DNA from: Patescibacteria group bacterium UBA6241 | GTDB lineage: Bacteria > Patescibacteriota > Minisyncoccia > Phycocordibacterales > Phycocordibacteraceae | NCBI GenBank assembly: GCA_002441425.1 | Contig: DJWB01000001.1 | Coordinates: 298,712-362,711 of the forward strand | Direction: 5' to 3' | Length of the DNA: 64,000 nucleotides | In this document: piece by piece, positions 18,660-28,008 of the stretch | Layout of the letters: every line of letters begins with the position of its first letter | Numbering within the stretch: position 1 is the first letter of the stretch | Translations under genes and position numbers: made by a program | The notes under the pieces: generated by a model | The model's database searches: none | Told to the model about the DNA's origin: nothing | What the model saw: only the letters and a program-made list of their open reading frames with translations

Positions 18660-19334
18660 ATGCGCATACTTATCGTTGAAGACGAAGCAAAGCTTGCAGA
18701 GGCACTGAAGCGAGGGCTTGAATCCAAAGGATTCGCTGTTGACTGGATTGCGGAGAGCGAGAAAGCAAAGACTCGCATTATGCTGTATCGCGATGAGTAT
18801 GACCTGATCCTCATGGATCTTATGCTTCCAGGTATTGATGGCGCGACCATCACGAGAGAAGCACGCGCAGCGGGAGTGACTACTCCAATCATCGTACTTA
18901 CCGCAAGAGATGAAACTGAGTACAAAGTTGAGCTCCTCAATACCGGAGCAGACGACTATCTTGCAAAACCATTCTCCTTTGAAGAGTTGGTGGCACGCAT
19001 CAATGCCGTCTTGCGCCGTCCAGAACAATCTATTCAGACAACTTTGGAAGCGAGAGATATCGCGCTTGACCCAGGAAGCAGAACGGTAACAAAGGATGGC
19101 GAACCTATCGCGCTAACACTCAAAGAATATTCTTTGCTTGAATACTTCATGCGACATCCTGACGAGGCACTCACGAGAGAGAGTATTCTTGATCATGTGT
19201 GGAGCTTTGACTTCCCTGGCTTCTCTAACGTTCTTGATGTACATATGAAGAATCTTCGTAAGAAGCTAGATACCTATGCAGATACACCCCTCTTTGAAAC
19301 CGTCCGCGGCGTGGGCTACCGACTTAATAGATAA
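18660..19334 (+). CDS. OmpR/PhoB-family response regulator
   Basis: ILIVEDE, DLMLPG, GADDYLAKPF and wHTH ending ETVRGVGY. Confidence 0.95.
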   Translation: MRILIVEDEAKLAEALKRGLESKGFAVDWIAESEKAKTRIMLYRDEYDLILMDLMLPGIDGATITREARAAGVTTPIIVLTARDETEYKVELLNTGADDYLAKPFSFEELVARINAVLRRPEQSIQTTLEARDIALDPGSRTVTKDGEPIALTLKEYSLLEYFMRHPDEALTRESILDHVWSFDFPGFSNVLDVHMKNLRKKLDTYADTPLFETVRGVGYRLNR

Positions 19335-20406
19335 GTACCGGTTTAATCCGTTCTATAAGACTGCAACGAATGTCGTATTCCTGCAGGTCTTATTGGCATG
19401 TATCTCTATAGTGTTATTCCTGGTTGGCATAAAGTATGTCCAGGAAACAACACTTGAATCAATAACATTTCAGATTCAAACCGCTCTTATAAATGGAGCG
19501 ACCACCACCGACGCTACACTCCCTCAGTCTATTGAAGATGTGCGGGACCAGACATTCTTGTATGCATTTATAGGCATTCTCTTGATGCATGCATTCTTTG
19601 GCTTTCTTATTGCGCGCTTTGCGCTGTGGCCTACACGCAATTCTCTTCAGTTCCAAAAGCGCTTCATTGGGAACGTGGCCCATGAGATACGTACGCCACT
19701 AGCTATTATTAAAACCAATACGGAAGTTGCGCTCTTTGATCCAACTCTTCCGAAAGCAACAAGAGAAACCTTTGAACAAATTGTAGTTGAGCTGGATCGT
19801 ATCTCAGAGACCATTAATAATCTTTTATCCTTTGATACACTCACCCGCCCGCGCCGCATGCTGCGCGCACCAGTTGATATAGCGCAGATTGCAGAGATTG
19901 TTGCAGACAGACATCGCGCACTAGCTGATTCTCGTGGCATAACACTGTCCGTTATCTCTGGCGAAGTACGACATGCACATGGAAACGCTGTCGCGCTTGA
20001 TCAAGTCATAACAAACCTCGTTAAGAATGCAGTTAACTACACGCCTGAGAATAAGGACGGTTCTGTAACTGTGCATATAGAACCCGAAAGCGGAAACAAA
20101 ATAGCAATACGAGTTCTTGATACTGGTATTGGTATTAACCAGAAAGATCTCTTTCATATCTTTGAACCCTTCTATAGAGGAGATCTTTCTCGTGCACGCG
20201 GCATAGGCACTGGAACTTCAGGTTTGGGGCTCGCTATCGTGAACGAGATTGTGCGTATCCATAGAGGTGCTATTAGTATCCGTAGTACTCCAGGAGTTGG
20301 TACAGAAATACGCGTTATCCTTCCTGCTGCCGGCAAGCAATACATTCCTGATCCGTTAGAAGACGGAGAGACAAAGACAAACGAAGTATCCGTAGACTTT
20401 TCATGA
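19276..20406 (+). CDS. Membrane sensor histidine kinase
   Basis: Two TM helices, AHEIRTPL H-box, NLVKNA, DTGIGI, FEPFY, GLGLAIV. Confidence 0.93.
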   Translation: MQIHPSLKPSAAWATDLIDKYRFNPFYKTATNVVFLQVLLACISIVLFLVGIKYVQETTLESITFQIQTALINGATTTDATLPQSIEDVRDQTFLYAFIGILLMHAFFGFLIARFALWPTRNSLQFQKRFIGNVAHEIRTPLAIIKTNTEVALFDPTLPKATRETFEQIVVELDRISETINNLLSFDTLTRPRRMLRAPVDIAQIAEIVADRHRALADSRGITLSVISGEVRHAHGNAVALDQVITNLVKNAVNYTPENKDGSVTVHIEPESGNKIAIRVLDTGIGINQKDLFHIFEPFYRGDLSRARGIGTGTSGLGLAIVNEIVRIHRGAISIRSTPGVGTEIRVILPAAGKQYIPDPLEDGETKTNEVSVDFS

Positions 20407-20444
20407 AGTCGTTCACTTCGTATTCATAGCCTTTTAGGTACTGT
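20400..20444 (+). promoter_or_regulatory. Candidate OmpR box plus -10 element downstream of the kinase
   Basis: TTCAY at 20400, 20412 and 20423; TACTGT at 20439. Confidence 0.45.
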
Positions 20445-20450
20445 GCACAC

Positions 20451-20645
20451 ATGAGGATGGTATTCGCCGAGACCTCATAAGTTCTTTCTTCCTTTTTCGC
20501 CGCGGCATCTTTAGGGAAAAGATGTGCGGCATACGGGCCAGAGAAAGACGCTCATAACCAAAAGCGCCAGTATGATACAGAAACTAAGAGACTACTAGTT
20601 GCCGGGGCCGCACCTGTAAAACAGGGAGCGGCCCCGGCACTATAT
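20451..20645 (+). ncRNA. Candidate structured small RNA
   Basis: No long ORF; several stacked hairpins ending in the long GC stem 20596-20642; own promoter. Confidence 0.4.
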
Positions 20646-20677
20646 AAAAAGCCGACAGAATTTCTTCTGCCAGCCAT

Positions 20678-21532
20678 TTAACGAAGTCTGTACTTAGGTA
20701 CCCAGAGACCCATGTTGGCCTGAAATTCATCAGGATCAGACATTTTCACCCCATGTTTCCGGTGCACAGCATTTGCAAGCCTGCGCACCTGGAGTACCGT
20801 CTTTTCGGACAAGGCATTGAAGTCTGCCCTGCGCGTGAGCACTATCTCAACCCCCTCGCTATACCGGCCAAACGCTTCCGGATAAAAGGGGCACCTTACT
20901 ATAGATATAGTGCTCCTGTTTGCGTACGGATTAGAAGGATACAGAAGCTTATCCAAGAGGAAATCAATCCCCGATGGAGAAATACTCAGCAAGTCTAAAA
21001 CTGCAGATGTCACCTTAAGGGGAGTGTACGCTCCCCTAACAATCAGGCTGGGATTTTTAAATCCTCTTTCTTGACCTGCTCGTATTCCCTCCTCTACCCA
21101 ATTAATTAGGGAGTCAAGATCCCTTGGCACTTCCATGCCACTCCGCACAACTGCTTCAACTAAAGCATACGCAAGGGCGAGGCGGGACGGGTCTTTTCTA
21201 TGCACCGCATCAGTTACTTCTTTTGGTGCATGATTGATCTGATACGGAAGAAAAGGATCAAGCCTAAGCTCAAGTTCGGTACCCAGTATTTCGGACTGAA
21301 AAGGAACAAGGGCCTTTCTGAGCGCAAAGAATGTTTTGCACCCATACGTAAGCGAGGGATCAAGTCGGAATCTAATCCCAGGGCTTTGGGGAGACTCTGC
21401 AAACACAGAAAGCGCTTGCTTAATAGCCTCCAGCCTGTCTGAGCGATAAAAGCCCAAATCAACGTCTAGTATCGTTCCTTCCTGTTCCCCTTTCACCTCA
21501 AAGGGACAGCGGAACACTTGCTGGGTGGTCAT
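20678..21532 (-). CDS. Hypothetical orphan protein, 284 aa
   Basis: Long ORF; AAGGAG SD and TAGACA-17-CATGCT promoter upstream. Confidence 0.65.
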   Translation of the reverse strand: MTTQQVFRCPFEVKGEQEGTILDVDLGFYRSDRLEAIKQALSVFAESPQSPGIRFRLDPSLTYGCKTFFALRKALVPFQSEILGTELELRLDPFLPYQINHAPKEVTDAVHRKDPSRLALAYALVEAVVRSGMEVPRDLDSLINWVEEGIRAGQERGFKNPSLIVRGAYTPLKVTSAVLDLLSISPSGIDFLLDKLLYPSNPYANRSTISIVRCPFYPEAFGRYSEGVEIVLTRRADFNALSEKTVLQVRRLANAVHRKHGVKMSDPDEFQANMGLWVPKYRLR

Positions 21533-21651
21533 GCCTATCTCCTTATGAGGCTATACAATTAAGAGCATGCAACAAATAGAATCATTTGTCTAGTTATTGT
21601 TTCAGCAGTGTCTGCTCCCTATATAGAAAGTCACCCTCTTGCGAGAGCGAC

Positions 21652-22251
21652 TTATTTAGACGCATGTTTCAACAGAAGCCACGTTATATCGTCAGACCAT
21701 TCAATCTGATACGAACTTGGAACCTGTAGGGTGAAAGTCTCTGGTTGAAAAAACCTGCGGACTCCCTGGGGCTTATTTGCTTTGCAAAAGCGCTCCATTC
21801 CAACTTCAATAACGCCCGCTCTTTTCCCTGCGGCGTGTATGACTGTTCCGTCTCCGGTTACGAGTCCTACATGACCAACTCCTTCCTCTGGGTCATGCCC
21901 ATACAGATTCAGCACGCCCTTTGTATATAGGACATCTCCAGGAAGAGCCTCGTCTGGAGTTACTGAATCTTTGTACTGGTACTGCTGGACACACAGACGT
22001 GGCAGCCAAATACCCTTTTGGGCAAAGAGCCACTTTATGAAGGATGAGCAGTCTACGATGTGGGGAGCCTCCTGAAAGGACACGCCCCGCGTATAGACTG
22101 CTCGCCCAACTTGCTCTCTTGCGAGAGAAACAACGTCTACGTCCAGCACCCCAAATCCGAGGCTCGCAAGAATTTGTGTACCTTCGCCTTGAGCAACTCC
22201 TATCTCCGAAAGATCAAATGCGCATCTATTTGCAACTGCGCGATATTGCAT
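21652..22251 (-). CDS. NlpC/P60-family peptidase
   Basis: DCSSFI, LPR, PGDVLY, GHVGL, IHA. Confidence 0.85.
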   Translation of the reverse strand: MQYRAVANRCAFDLSEIGVAQGEGTQILASLGFGVLDVDVVSLAREQVGRAVYTRGVSFQEAPHIVDCSSFIKWLFAQKGIWLPRLCVQQYQYKDSVTPDEALPGDVLYTKGVLNLYGHDPEEGVGHVGLVTGDGTVIHAAGKRAGVIEVGMERFCKANKPQGVRRFFQPETFTLQVPSSYQIEWSDDITWLLLKHASK

Positions 22252-22354
22252 GTGTATACTCCCAGAATGTTTATTCTTTGAGCCTGAAATCTACTTAAGA
22301 AAAGTTATACGAAACTAGACCAGGAACGTGTACTTGCTGTGTGAATCATAAGCC

Positions 22355-23146
22355 TTATTGTTTGAGTCCTGCGCCCTTATGGAAGAGCCAGATAGTTGTT
22401 ACGAAGGCAATAACCGACAGAGTTCCCATAACGGCAAAGGCGTGCGAAAGCGGTACATCAGATACTCCGAGGAAGCCATAACGGAATGCGTTAACCATGT
22501 ACAGAATTGGATTGAAGTACGAGAGGTTTCTGAAGAACTCAGGGAGCTGCTCTACTGAATAGAACACTCCTCCTAGGTACGTTAGTGGTGTAAGGACGAA
22601 AGTTGGTACGATGCTAATTGCATCAAAAGACTTCGCAAAGATTCCGTTAATGAGTCCTAAGAATGAGAACAGGAGTGCCGTTAAGAGTGCTGCAGCGAAG
22701 ATGATCCCCACAGAAAAGAGGGACAACTTAGTAAAGAAGAGCGACACCGCAACCACGATAACTCCCACAAGTCCTGCGCGGATAAGTCCTCCTGAAACAA
22801 ATCCCGCAATAACAACCCAGCTTGGCATAGGAGACACAAGCAACTCATCAATAGTCCGTGTCCACTTCGCGAAATAAAAGGTAGATACCGTATTCATATA
22901 CGCACTCGTAATAACTGACATCATGATGAGGCCGGGCACGATGAACTGAATGTACGGGAATCCATGAACGGCTGCTACTTGGCTTCCGATGAAGGTGCCG
23001 AAGATAGCGAAGTAGAGTGCCATCGTTATGGCTGGAGGAAGTAGGGTCTGAGACCAAATGCGTACAATACGCATGAAGTCCTTGCGAACCATGGTGTAGT
23101 ACCCGACGAGAATTGGTGCGCGATTCATAGGCTTAATCTTTTTCAA
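22355..23146 (-). CDS. ABC-2 transporter permease (YadH-like)
   Basis: QTLLPP, FIVPGLIMM, LTPLTYLGGVFYS, NPILYMVNAFRYGFLG. Confidence 0.9.
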   Translation of the reverse strand: MKKIKPMNRAPILVGYYTMVRKDFMRIVRIWSQTLLPPAITMALYFAIFGTFIGSQVAAVHGFPYIQFIVPGLIMMSVITSAYMNTVSTFYFAKWTRTIDELLVSPMPSWVVIAGFVSGGLIRAGLVGVIVVAVSLFFTKLSLFSVGIIFAAALLTALLFSFLGLINGIFAKSFDAISIVPTFVLTPLTYLGGVFYSVEQLPEFFRNLSYFNPILYMVNAFRYGFLGVSDVPLSHAFAVMGTLSVIAFVTTIWLFHKGAGLKQ

Positions 23147-24071
23147 TAAGGTTTACAAACACCTCTTCAAGGCGACTTCCTGTGTTACGAATATTCGCTA
23201 TTTGAATACCGGTTGCACCAATCTTGCGAATTGCTTCGTTAACTGTCTGTCCTGGATTTAGCGTTAATTTGAGTGTTGATTCATCAACACGCTCAAGTTG
23301 TAGATCTCGCAACAGAACCAGTGCCGCATCAGTAACTGGCTCAGCAGCATCCAAAAGCAGCGTTACGAAATTAAGCTTGGTAAGAAGTTCCTTTACACTT
23401 CCCTGCTCAATAATCTGTCCTTTGTTAATAATAGCTGCGCGCTTGCAGAGCATCTCTGCTTCCTCCAAATAGTGTGTGGTGAGAATAATCGTGGTTCCGT
23501 TCTGATTGAGCTCTCGCAAGAAATCCCACATACCGCGACGCAGCTCAACATCAACTCCAGCCGTTGGCTCGTCTAGCAATAGAATTTCTGGCTCATGCAC
23601 AAGGGCGCGCGCAATCATGAGTCTTCGCTTCATACCTCCTGAGAGAGCTTGAGCCTTTGCTCCTCGCTTCTCCCAAAGACCGAGATCCTTAAGGACCTTC
23701 TCTGTACGTGGAATAGCTTCTGCACGCGTGAGTCCGTAGTATCCAGCCTGATCAATCACAATATCTTCAACCTTCTCAAAGATGTTGAAGTTAAACTCCT
23801 GAGGTACAAGACCAATGTGTGCTTTTGCCTGTGCTGGGTGTGCACTGATATCAATTCCCGCAACTTCAGCAACTCCTGATGTCTTTAGAACGAGTCCTGA
23901 AAGGATACCGATAAGTGTTGATTTTCCTGCACCGTTTGGCCCAAGGAGTGCAAAGAACTCTCCTTTTTCTATTGAAAGTGATACTCCCTTGAGGGCTTCT
24001 GTGCCCTTTTCCTTCCCGTCTTTCGCGTACACCTTCTTAACGTCCTCAACTTTAAGTGCGATTGTAGCCAT
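23133..24071 (-). CDS. ABC transporter ATP-binding protein (YadG-like)
   Basis: GPNGAGKST, LSGGMKRR, LLDEPTAG; start at ATG 24071 with TATACT upstream. Confidence 0.9.
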   Translation of the reverse strand: MATIALKVEDVKKVYAKDGKEKGTEALKGVSLSIEKGEFFALLGPNGAGKSTLIGILSGLVLKTSGVAEVAGIDISAHPAQAKAHIGLVPQEFNFNIFEKVEDIVIDQAGYYGLTRAEAIPRTEKVLKDLGLWEKRGAKAQALSGGMKRRLMIARALVHEPEILLLDEPTAGVDVELRRGMWDFLRELNQNGTTIILTTHYLEEAEMLCKRAAIINKGQIIEQGSVKELLTKLNFVTLLLDAAEPVTDAALVLLRDLQLERVDESTLKLTLNPGQTVNEAIRKIGATGIQIANIRNTGSRLEEVFVNLIEKD

Positions 24072-24115
24072 AGTCAGGAGGAGTATAGCACCGAAGGTAC
24101 TTTGGAGGCTATTAT

Positions 24116-24532
24116 GTGGATATGCAGCGCCTCTGGACCCCCTCAACACGAAGATTTATTCGCTATGCCGTTATTGGCGTGTCTACACTTCTGTTTGATT
24201 TAATGCTCCTTGCAGGCCTTACTGAGCTTGTGGGTGTCCCCTACTACATAGCAACTCCGTTTGCATTCCTTATCGCTGTTTCAATTAACTATGCTCTCTC
24301 TCGTATGCATGTCTTTCGCGGAACTATGCGTACCGTGCATCACGGATACCTGTACTTCATTGCGCTCGCTTGCCTTGGAGCATTCGTAACAACATCAGGT
24401 GTTGCGGCACTCGTTTCTTTCTTTGGACTGTACTACTTATTCGCACGAGTACTTATTGCAGGGTTCGTTGGAGTTGCAAACTATCTCCTGAACCTCCACT
24501 TCAATTTTAGAGTTGCAGGGCATCATCCGTAG
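24116..24532 (+). CDS. GtrA-family membrane protein
   Basis: RFIRYAVIG, INYALSR..VF, NYLLN pattern with four TM helices; exact start uncertain. Confidence 0.8.
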   Translation: MDMQRLWTPSTRRFIRYAVIGVSTLLFDLMLLAGLTELVGVPYYIATPFAFLIAVSINYALSRMHVFRGTMRTVHHGYLYFIALACLGAFVTTSGVAALVSFFGLYYLFARVLIAGFVGVANYLLNLHFNFRVAGHHP

Positions 24533-24535
24533 CAG

Positions 24536-25552
24536 GTGCTACAATCTGCTCTTATGAAATTCTTCCTGTTGCCCGTCTCTATTTCTGTGCTCATTCTTAT
24601 TGGCTTGTGGATCGGGCTTGGCTTTGCCGCATTCGTTACAGCAGTGCTTTTGGTTATTCTTGAGGTAACGCTGTCTTTTGATAACGCAGTGGTGAATGCC
24701 AGAGTGCTCACCGGAATGAGTGAGAAGTGGCGAAGACGATTCCTTACCTGGGGCATGCTCATTGCAGTCTTTGGAACTCGCCTCGTACTCCCTATTCTTA
24801 TAGTTTCAGTATCTGTAGCACTTTCTCCTCTTGCTGTTGCGAAGCTAGCAGCATTCTCTCCTGATGAGTACGCACACCTCCTAGAGGGAGCACGTTATGG
24901 GATTTATGCTTTTGGTGGAGCATTCTTGCTCATGGTTTCTCTTAAGTATTTCCTGGACGATGCTAAGGAAGTGCATTGGATACACATCATTGAGAGCGCA
25001 CTCTCTCGTTGGGGACGTATTGCAGCAGTTGAGATTGGCATCGCACTTATCGCTATTGTGAGCATCTCATTCTTTGTGCCTGCAGCCGCGCAAGCAACGG
25101 TACTTGTTGCAGGTATCACCGGTATCGTTCTCTTCATCATCATGCAGGGACTGGCGCATGCGTTCTCTGTTGAAGCGGGTGACGTAACTAGAAGCGGACT
25201 CGCACTCTTTATTTATCTGAACATTCTAGACTCGGCCTTCTCACTTGATAGCGTTGTTGGTGCATTCGCACTTACGACTGCAATTCCTATTATCGTAGCG
25301 GGTCTTGGTATTGGTGCCTGGTTCGTTCGCTCTCTTACGATCTATCTCGTACAGAGAAAGACGCTTGATACACTCACGTACTTGGAACACGGTGCACACT
25401 GGGCAATCCTTGGACTCGCCGGCAGCATGTTTGCTGACCTTCTCTTCCATGTACCTGAAGTGATTACAGGGACAATCGGTCTTGCCTTTGTGCTTGCAGC
25501 GTACTGGTCAAGTCTTCGTGCACGAAAACTTCTTTCTGCTACAACTATATAG
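24536..25552 (+). CDS. DUF475/TerC-like membrane protein
   Basis: LEVTLSFDNAVVNA, DSAFSLDSVVGAFA, YLEHGAHWAI; start may be the ATG at 24554. Confidence 0.88.
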   Translation: MLQSALMKFFLLPVSISVLILIGLWIGLGFAAFVTAVLLVILEVTLSFDNAVVNARVLTGMSEKWRRRFLTWGMLIAVFGTRLVLPILIVSVSVALSPLAVAKLAAFSPDEYAHLLEGARYGIYAFGGAFLLMVSLKYFLDDAKEVHWIHIIESALSRWGRIAAVEIGIALIAIVSISFFVPAAAQATVLVAGITGIVLFIIMQGLAHAFSVEAGDVTRSGLALFIYLNILDSAFSLDSVVGAFALTTAIPIIVAGLGIGAWFVRSLTIYLVQRKTLDTLTYLEHGAHWAILGLAGSMFADLLFHVPEVITGTIGLAFVLAAYWSSLRARKLLSATTI

Positions 25553-26302
25553 ATGAAGTATCGCGCATACATATTTGATCTAGACGAAACACTCGCAGAA
25601 AGTAAGCAGCCTATTTCAGAGAGAATGGGTGGCGCACTTGCCCTTCTTCTGGCACAAGGTCCTGTTGCCGTTATCTCGGGTGGCAAGCTCTCCATTATTC
25701 TTGCGAATGTAGCCAACAGACTTCCAGAAGGCACTCGCATGGAGAATCTCTACATCCTCCCCACGTGTGGTGCAGCACTGTACCAACACAGAAATGACTC
25801 ATGGCAGAGCGTATACGCAGAGCTCCTCTCTGATATTGATGTGGAAGTTATTGAGCGCGGCATACTGCGCGCAATTGAGAAGACAGGCGTTATAGATCTG
25901 AACGAGCCTTCGCATGGAGAGCGCATTGAGCGCAGAGGATCTCAAATAACACTCTCAGCTCTCGGGCAAGAAGCACCTCTTTCTGAAAAGGTTCTTTGGG
26001 ATCCTGAACGTACGAAAAGAAATATGCTCATGAAGGCACTTGTAGATGAATTGCCTCAGTTCAGCATTAAGATGGGAGGCACAACTTCTTTTGACATAAC
26101 TAAGCCTGGTATTGATAAGGCATACGGCGTACGCAAGTTAAGCGAACATCTTTCAGTTCCTATTTCAGACATGGTGTACGTAGGAGACGCACTCTTTCCA
26201 GGCGGAAATGATGCAGTTGTTAAGGAGACAGGAATTCATACTGAAGCAGTAACAAACCCAGACGAAACACTCACACGTATTGAGGCCTTTCTAAGAACAT
26301 AA
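25553..26302 (+). CDS. HAD-IIB hydrolase (phosphomannomutase-like)
   Basis: FDLDETLA, ISGG, GGTTSFD, DKAYG, GDALFPGGND. Confidence 0.88.
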   Translation: MKYRAYIFDLDETLAESKQPISERMGGALALLLAQGPVAVISGGKLSIILANVANRLPEGTRMENLYILPTCGAALYQHRNDSWQSVYAELLSDIDVEVIERGILRAIEKTGVIDLNEPSHGERIERRGSQITLSALGQEAPLSEKVLWDPERTKRNMLMKALVDELPQFSIKMGGTTSFDITKPGIDKAYGVRKLSEHLSVPISDMVYVGDALFPGGNDAVVKETGIHTEAVTNPDETLTRIEAFLRT

Positions 26303-26333
26303 CGAGAGTTGCGCGCTATACTGAAAACAACGT

Positions 26334-27989
26334 ATGGCAGATGAAAGACTTAAAGAAAGAATTGCTGCATCAATCAAAGGAGAAGTGCGTAATGACGCAG
26401 TAACTAGAAAACTCTTTTCAAGAGACACGAGTGTGTTTGAAAAAACACCAGAGCTCGTAGTGTACCCAAAGGATGCACAAGACGTGTCTGCAATGGTTAA
26501 GACAATGAACGGCGCTCGCAAGGACGGTATAGAAGCGTCGCTTACTGCCCGCTCTGCTGGAACCGATATGTCTGGCGGCCCGTTAACTGATTCTGTGGTT
26601 GCCGTGTTTACGAAGTACATGAACCACATTGTTGAAGTTGGTGACGGCTACGCTATTGCTGAGCCTGGCGTGTATTATCGCGACTTTGAAAAGGCCACGC
26701 TCGCACATGACCGACAACTCATGCCGTCATATCCAGCATCAAAAGATATTGCTGCTATTGGAGGAATCGTTAATAACGATTCAGGAGGCGAGAGAACGCT
26801 TGAGTATGGGAAGACTCGCGACTATGTTGAGGAGATAGATGTGGTACTTGCTGACGGGAGCCTCATTACATGTAAGCACTACACTAAAGAAGAGGTGGAT
26901 CGTATTGCTTCGTTTGATACGCTTGAAGGCCGCATTTATAAAGAGCTGCGAACACTCATACAAGACAACAAAGAACGTATTGAAAAAGCGCGTCCGCATG
27001 TATCTAAGAACTCTGCAGGATATGCCCTATGGGAAGTTATGGACAAAGACGGCGGGATGAATCTTGCGAAACTGATTTGTGGCGCGCAAGGAACACTCGC
27101 ACTTATGACCCGTACGAAACTCCGCCTGATCAAGGAGCAGCCGTACCGATCTATGCTCGTTGTGTTTTTGAATGATTTAGAAATACTTCCTGAAGTTGTT
27201 CGTCGTGTGCTGCCTTTCAATCCCGAATCTTTTGAATCCTATGACGACCACACCTTTGGACTTGCCATAAAGTTTCTCCCACAAATGCTTTCGCAGATGG
27301 GATTTGGAGAAGCAACTAAACTTGGACTGTCCTTCTTGCCTGAGGTTGGTATGGTATTGCGTGGGGGCGTGCCCAAGCTTGTGCTTATGGCTGAGTTTTC
27401 AGAGGATACACACCAGCAAGCTTTGTTTAAGGCTGGACAAGCACAAGCGGCACTCAAGGAACTTGGTCTTTCAACACGTATCGCGCGAGACGAGCAGGCA
27501 GCTGCAAAATACTGGAAAGTGCGCAGAGAAAGCTTTGCGCTCCTGCGAAAGAATGCACATGGATTATATGCGGCACCCTTTATAGACGATTTCGTAGTAC
27601 CGCCTGATTGCTATCCAGAGTTTCTCCCTAAGCTTAATGCCCTGCTCGCCGAATATGATTTGCTGTACACAATCGCAGGTCACATTGGAAACGGAAACTT
27701 CCATATTATCCCTTTGATGAACCTACAGGATGCAAAAGTGCGACAGGTTATTCTAGATCTTGCGCCACGAGTGTATGAACTTGTTATCTCGTATGGAGGC
27801 ACTACCACTGGCGAGCATAATGACGGGATTATAAGAACTCCGTACCTTCCCCAGCTCTTTGGAAAGGAAATGGTACAGCTCTTTGAAGACACAAAACGTA
27901 TCTTTGATCCTCTTAATCTCTTTAATCCAGGGAAAAAGGTTCATGGCACCTTCTCAGATATTGAACGCGATATGCTCAGGAGCATCTAA
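26334..27989 (+). CDS. FAD-linked oxidoreductase (D-lactate/glycolate dehydrogenase, GlcD/Dld-like)
   Basis: PCMH FAD domain (P..VVYP, SAGTDMSG, GAQGTL), GHIGNGNFH, GEHNDG, FDP.NLFNPGK. Confidence 0.88.
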   Translation: MADERLKERIAASIKGEVRNDAVTRKLFSRDTSVFEKTPELVVYPKDAQDVSAMVKTMNGARKDGIEASLTARSAGTDMSGGPLTDSVVAVFTKYMNHIVEVGDGYAIAEPGVYYRDFEKATLAHDRQLMPSYPASKDIAAIGGIVNNDSGGERTLEYGKTRDYVEEIDVVLADGSLITCKHYTKEEVDRIASFDTLEGRIYKELRTLIQDNKERIEKARPHVSKNSAGYALWEVMDKDGGMNLAKLICGAQGTLALMTRTKLRLIKEQPYRSMLVVFLNDLEILPEVVRRVLPFNPESFESYDDHTFGLAIKFLPQMLSQMGFGEATKLGLSFLPEVGMVLRGGVPKLVLMAEFSEDTHQQALFKAGQAQAALKELGLSTRIARDEQAAAKYWKVRRESFALLRKNAHGLYAAPFIDDFVVPPDCYPEFLPKLNALLAEYDLLYTIAGHIGNGNFHIIPLMNLQDAKVRQVILDLAPRVYELVISYGGTTTGEHNDGIIRTPYLPQLFGKEMVQLFEDTKRIFDPLNLFNPGKKVHGTFSDIERDMLRSI

Positions 27990-28008
27990 TGCGTGCTAGA
28001 TTATTTCT

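Noticed and set aside
20451-20580. Fluoride riboswitch (GATGGTATTCGCC resembles its 5' core)
   Set aside because: The GGCGA strand needed for P1 is absent, pseudoknot pairing is weak, and no same-strand gene follows.
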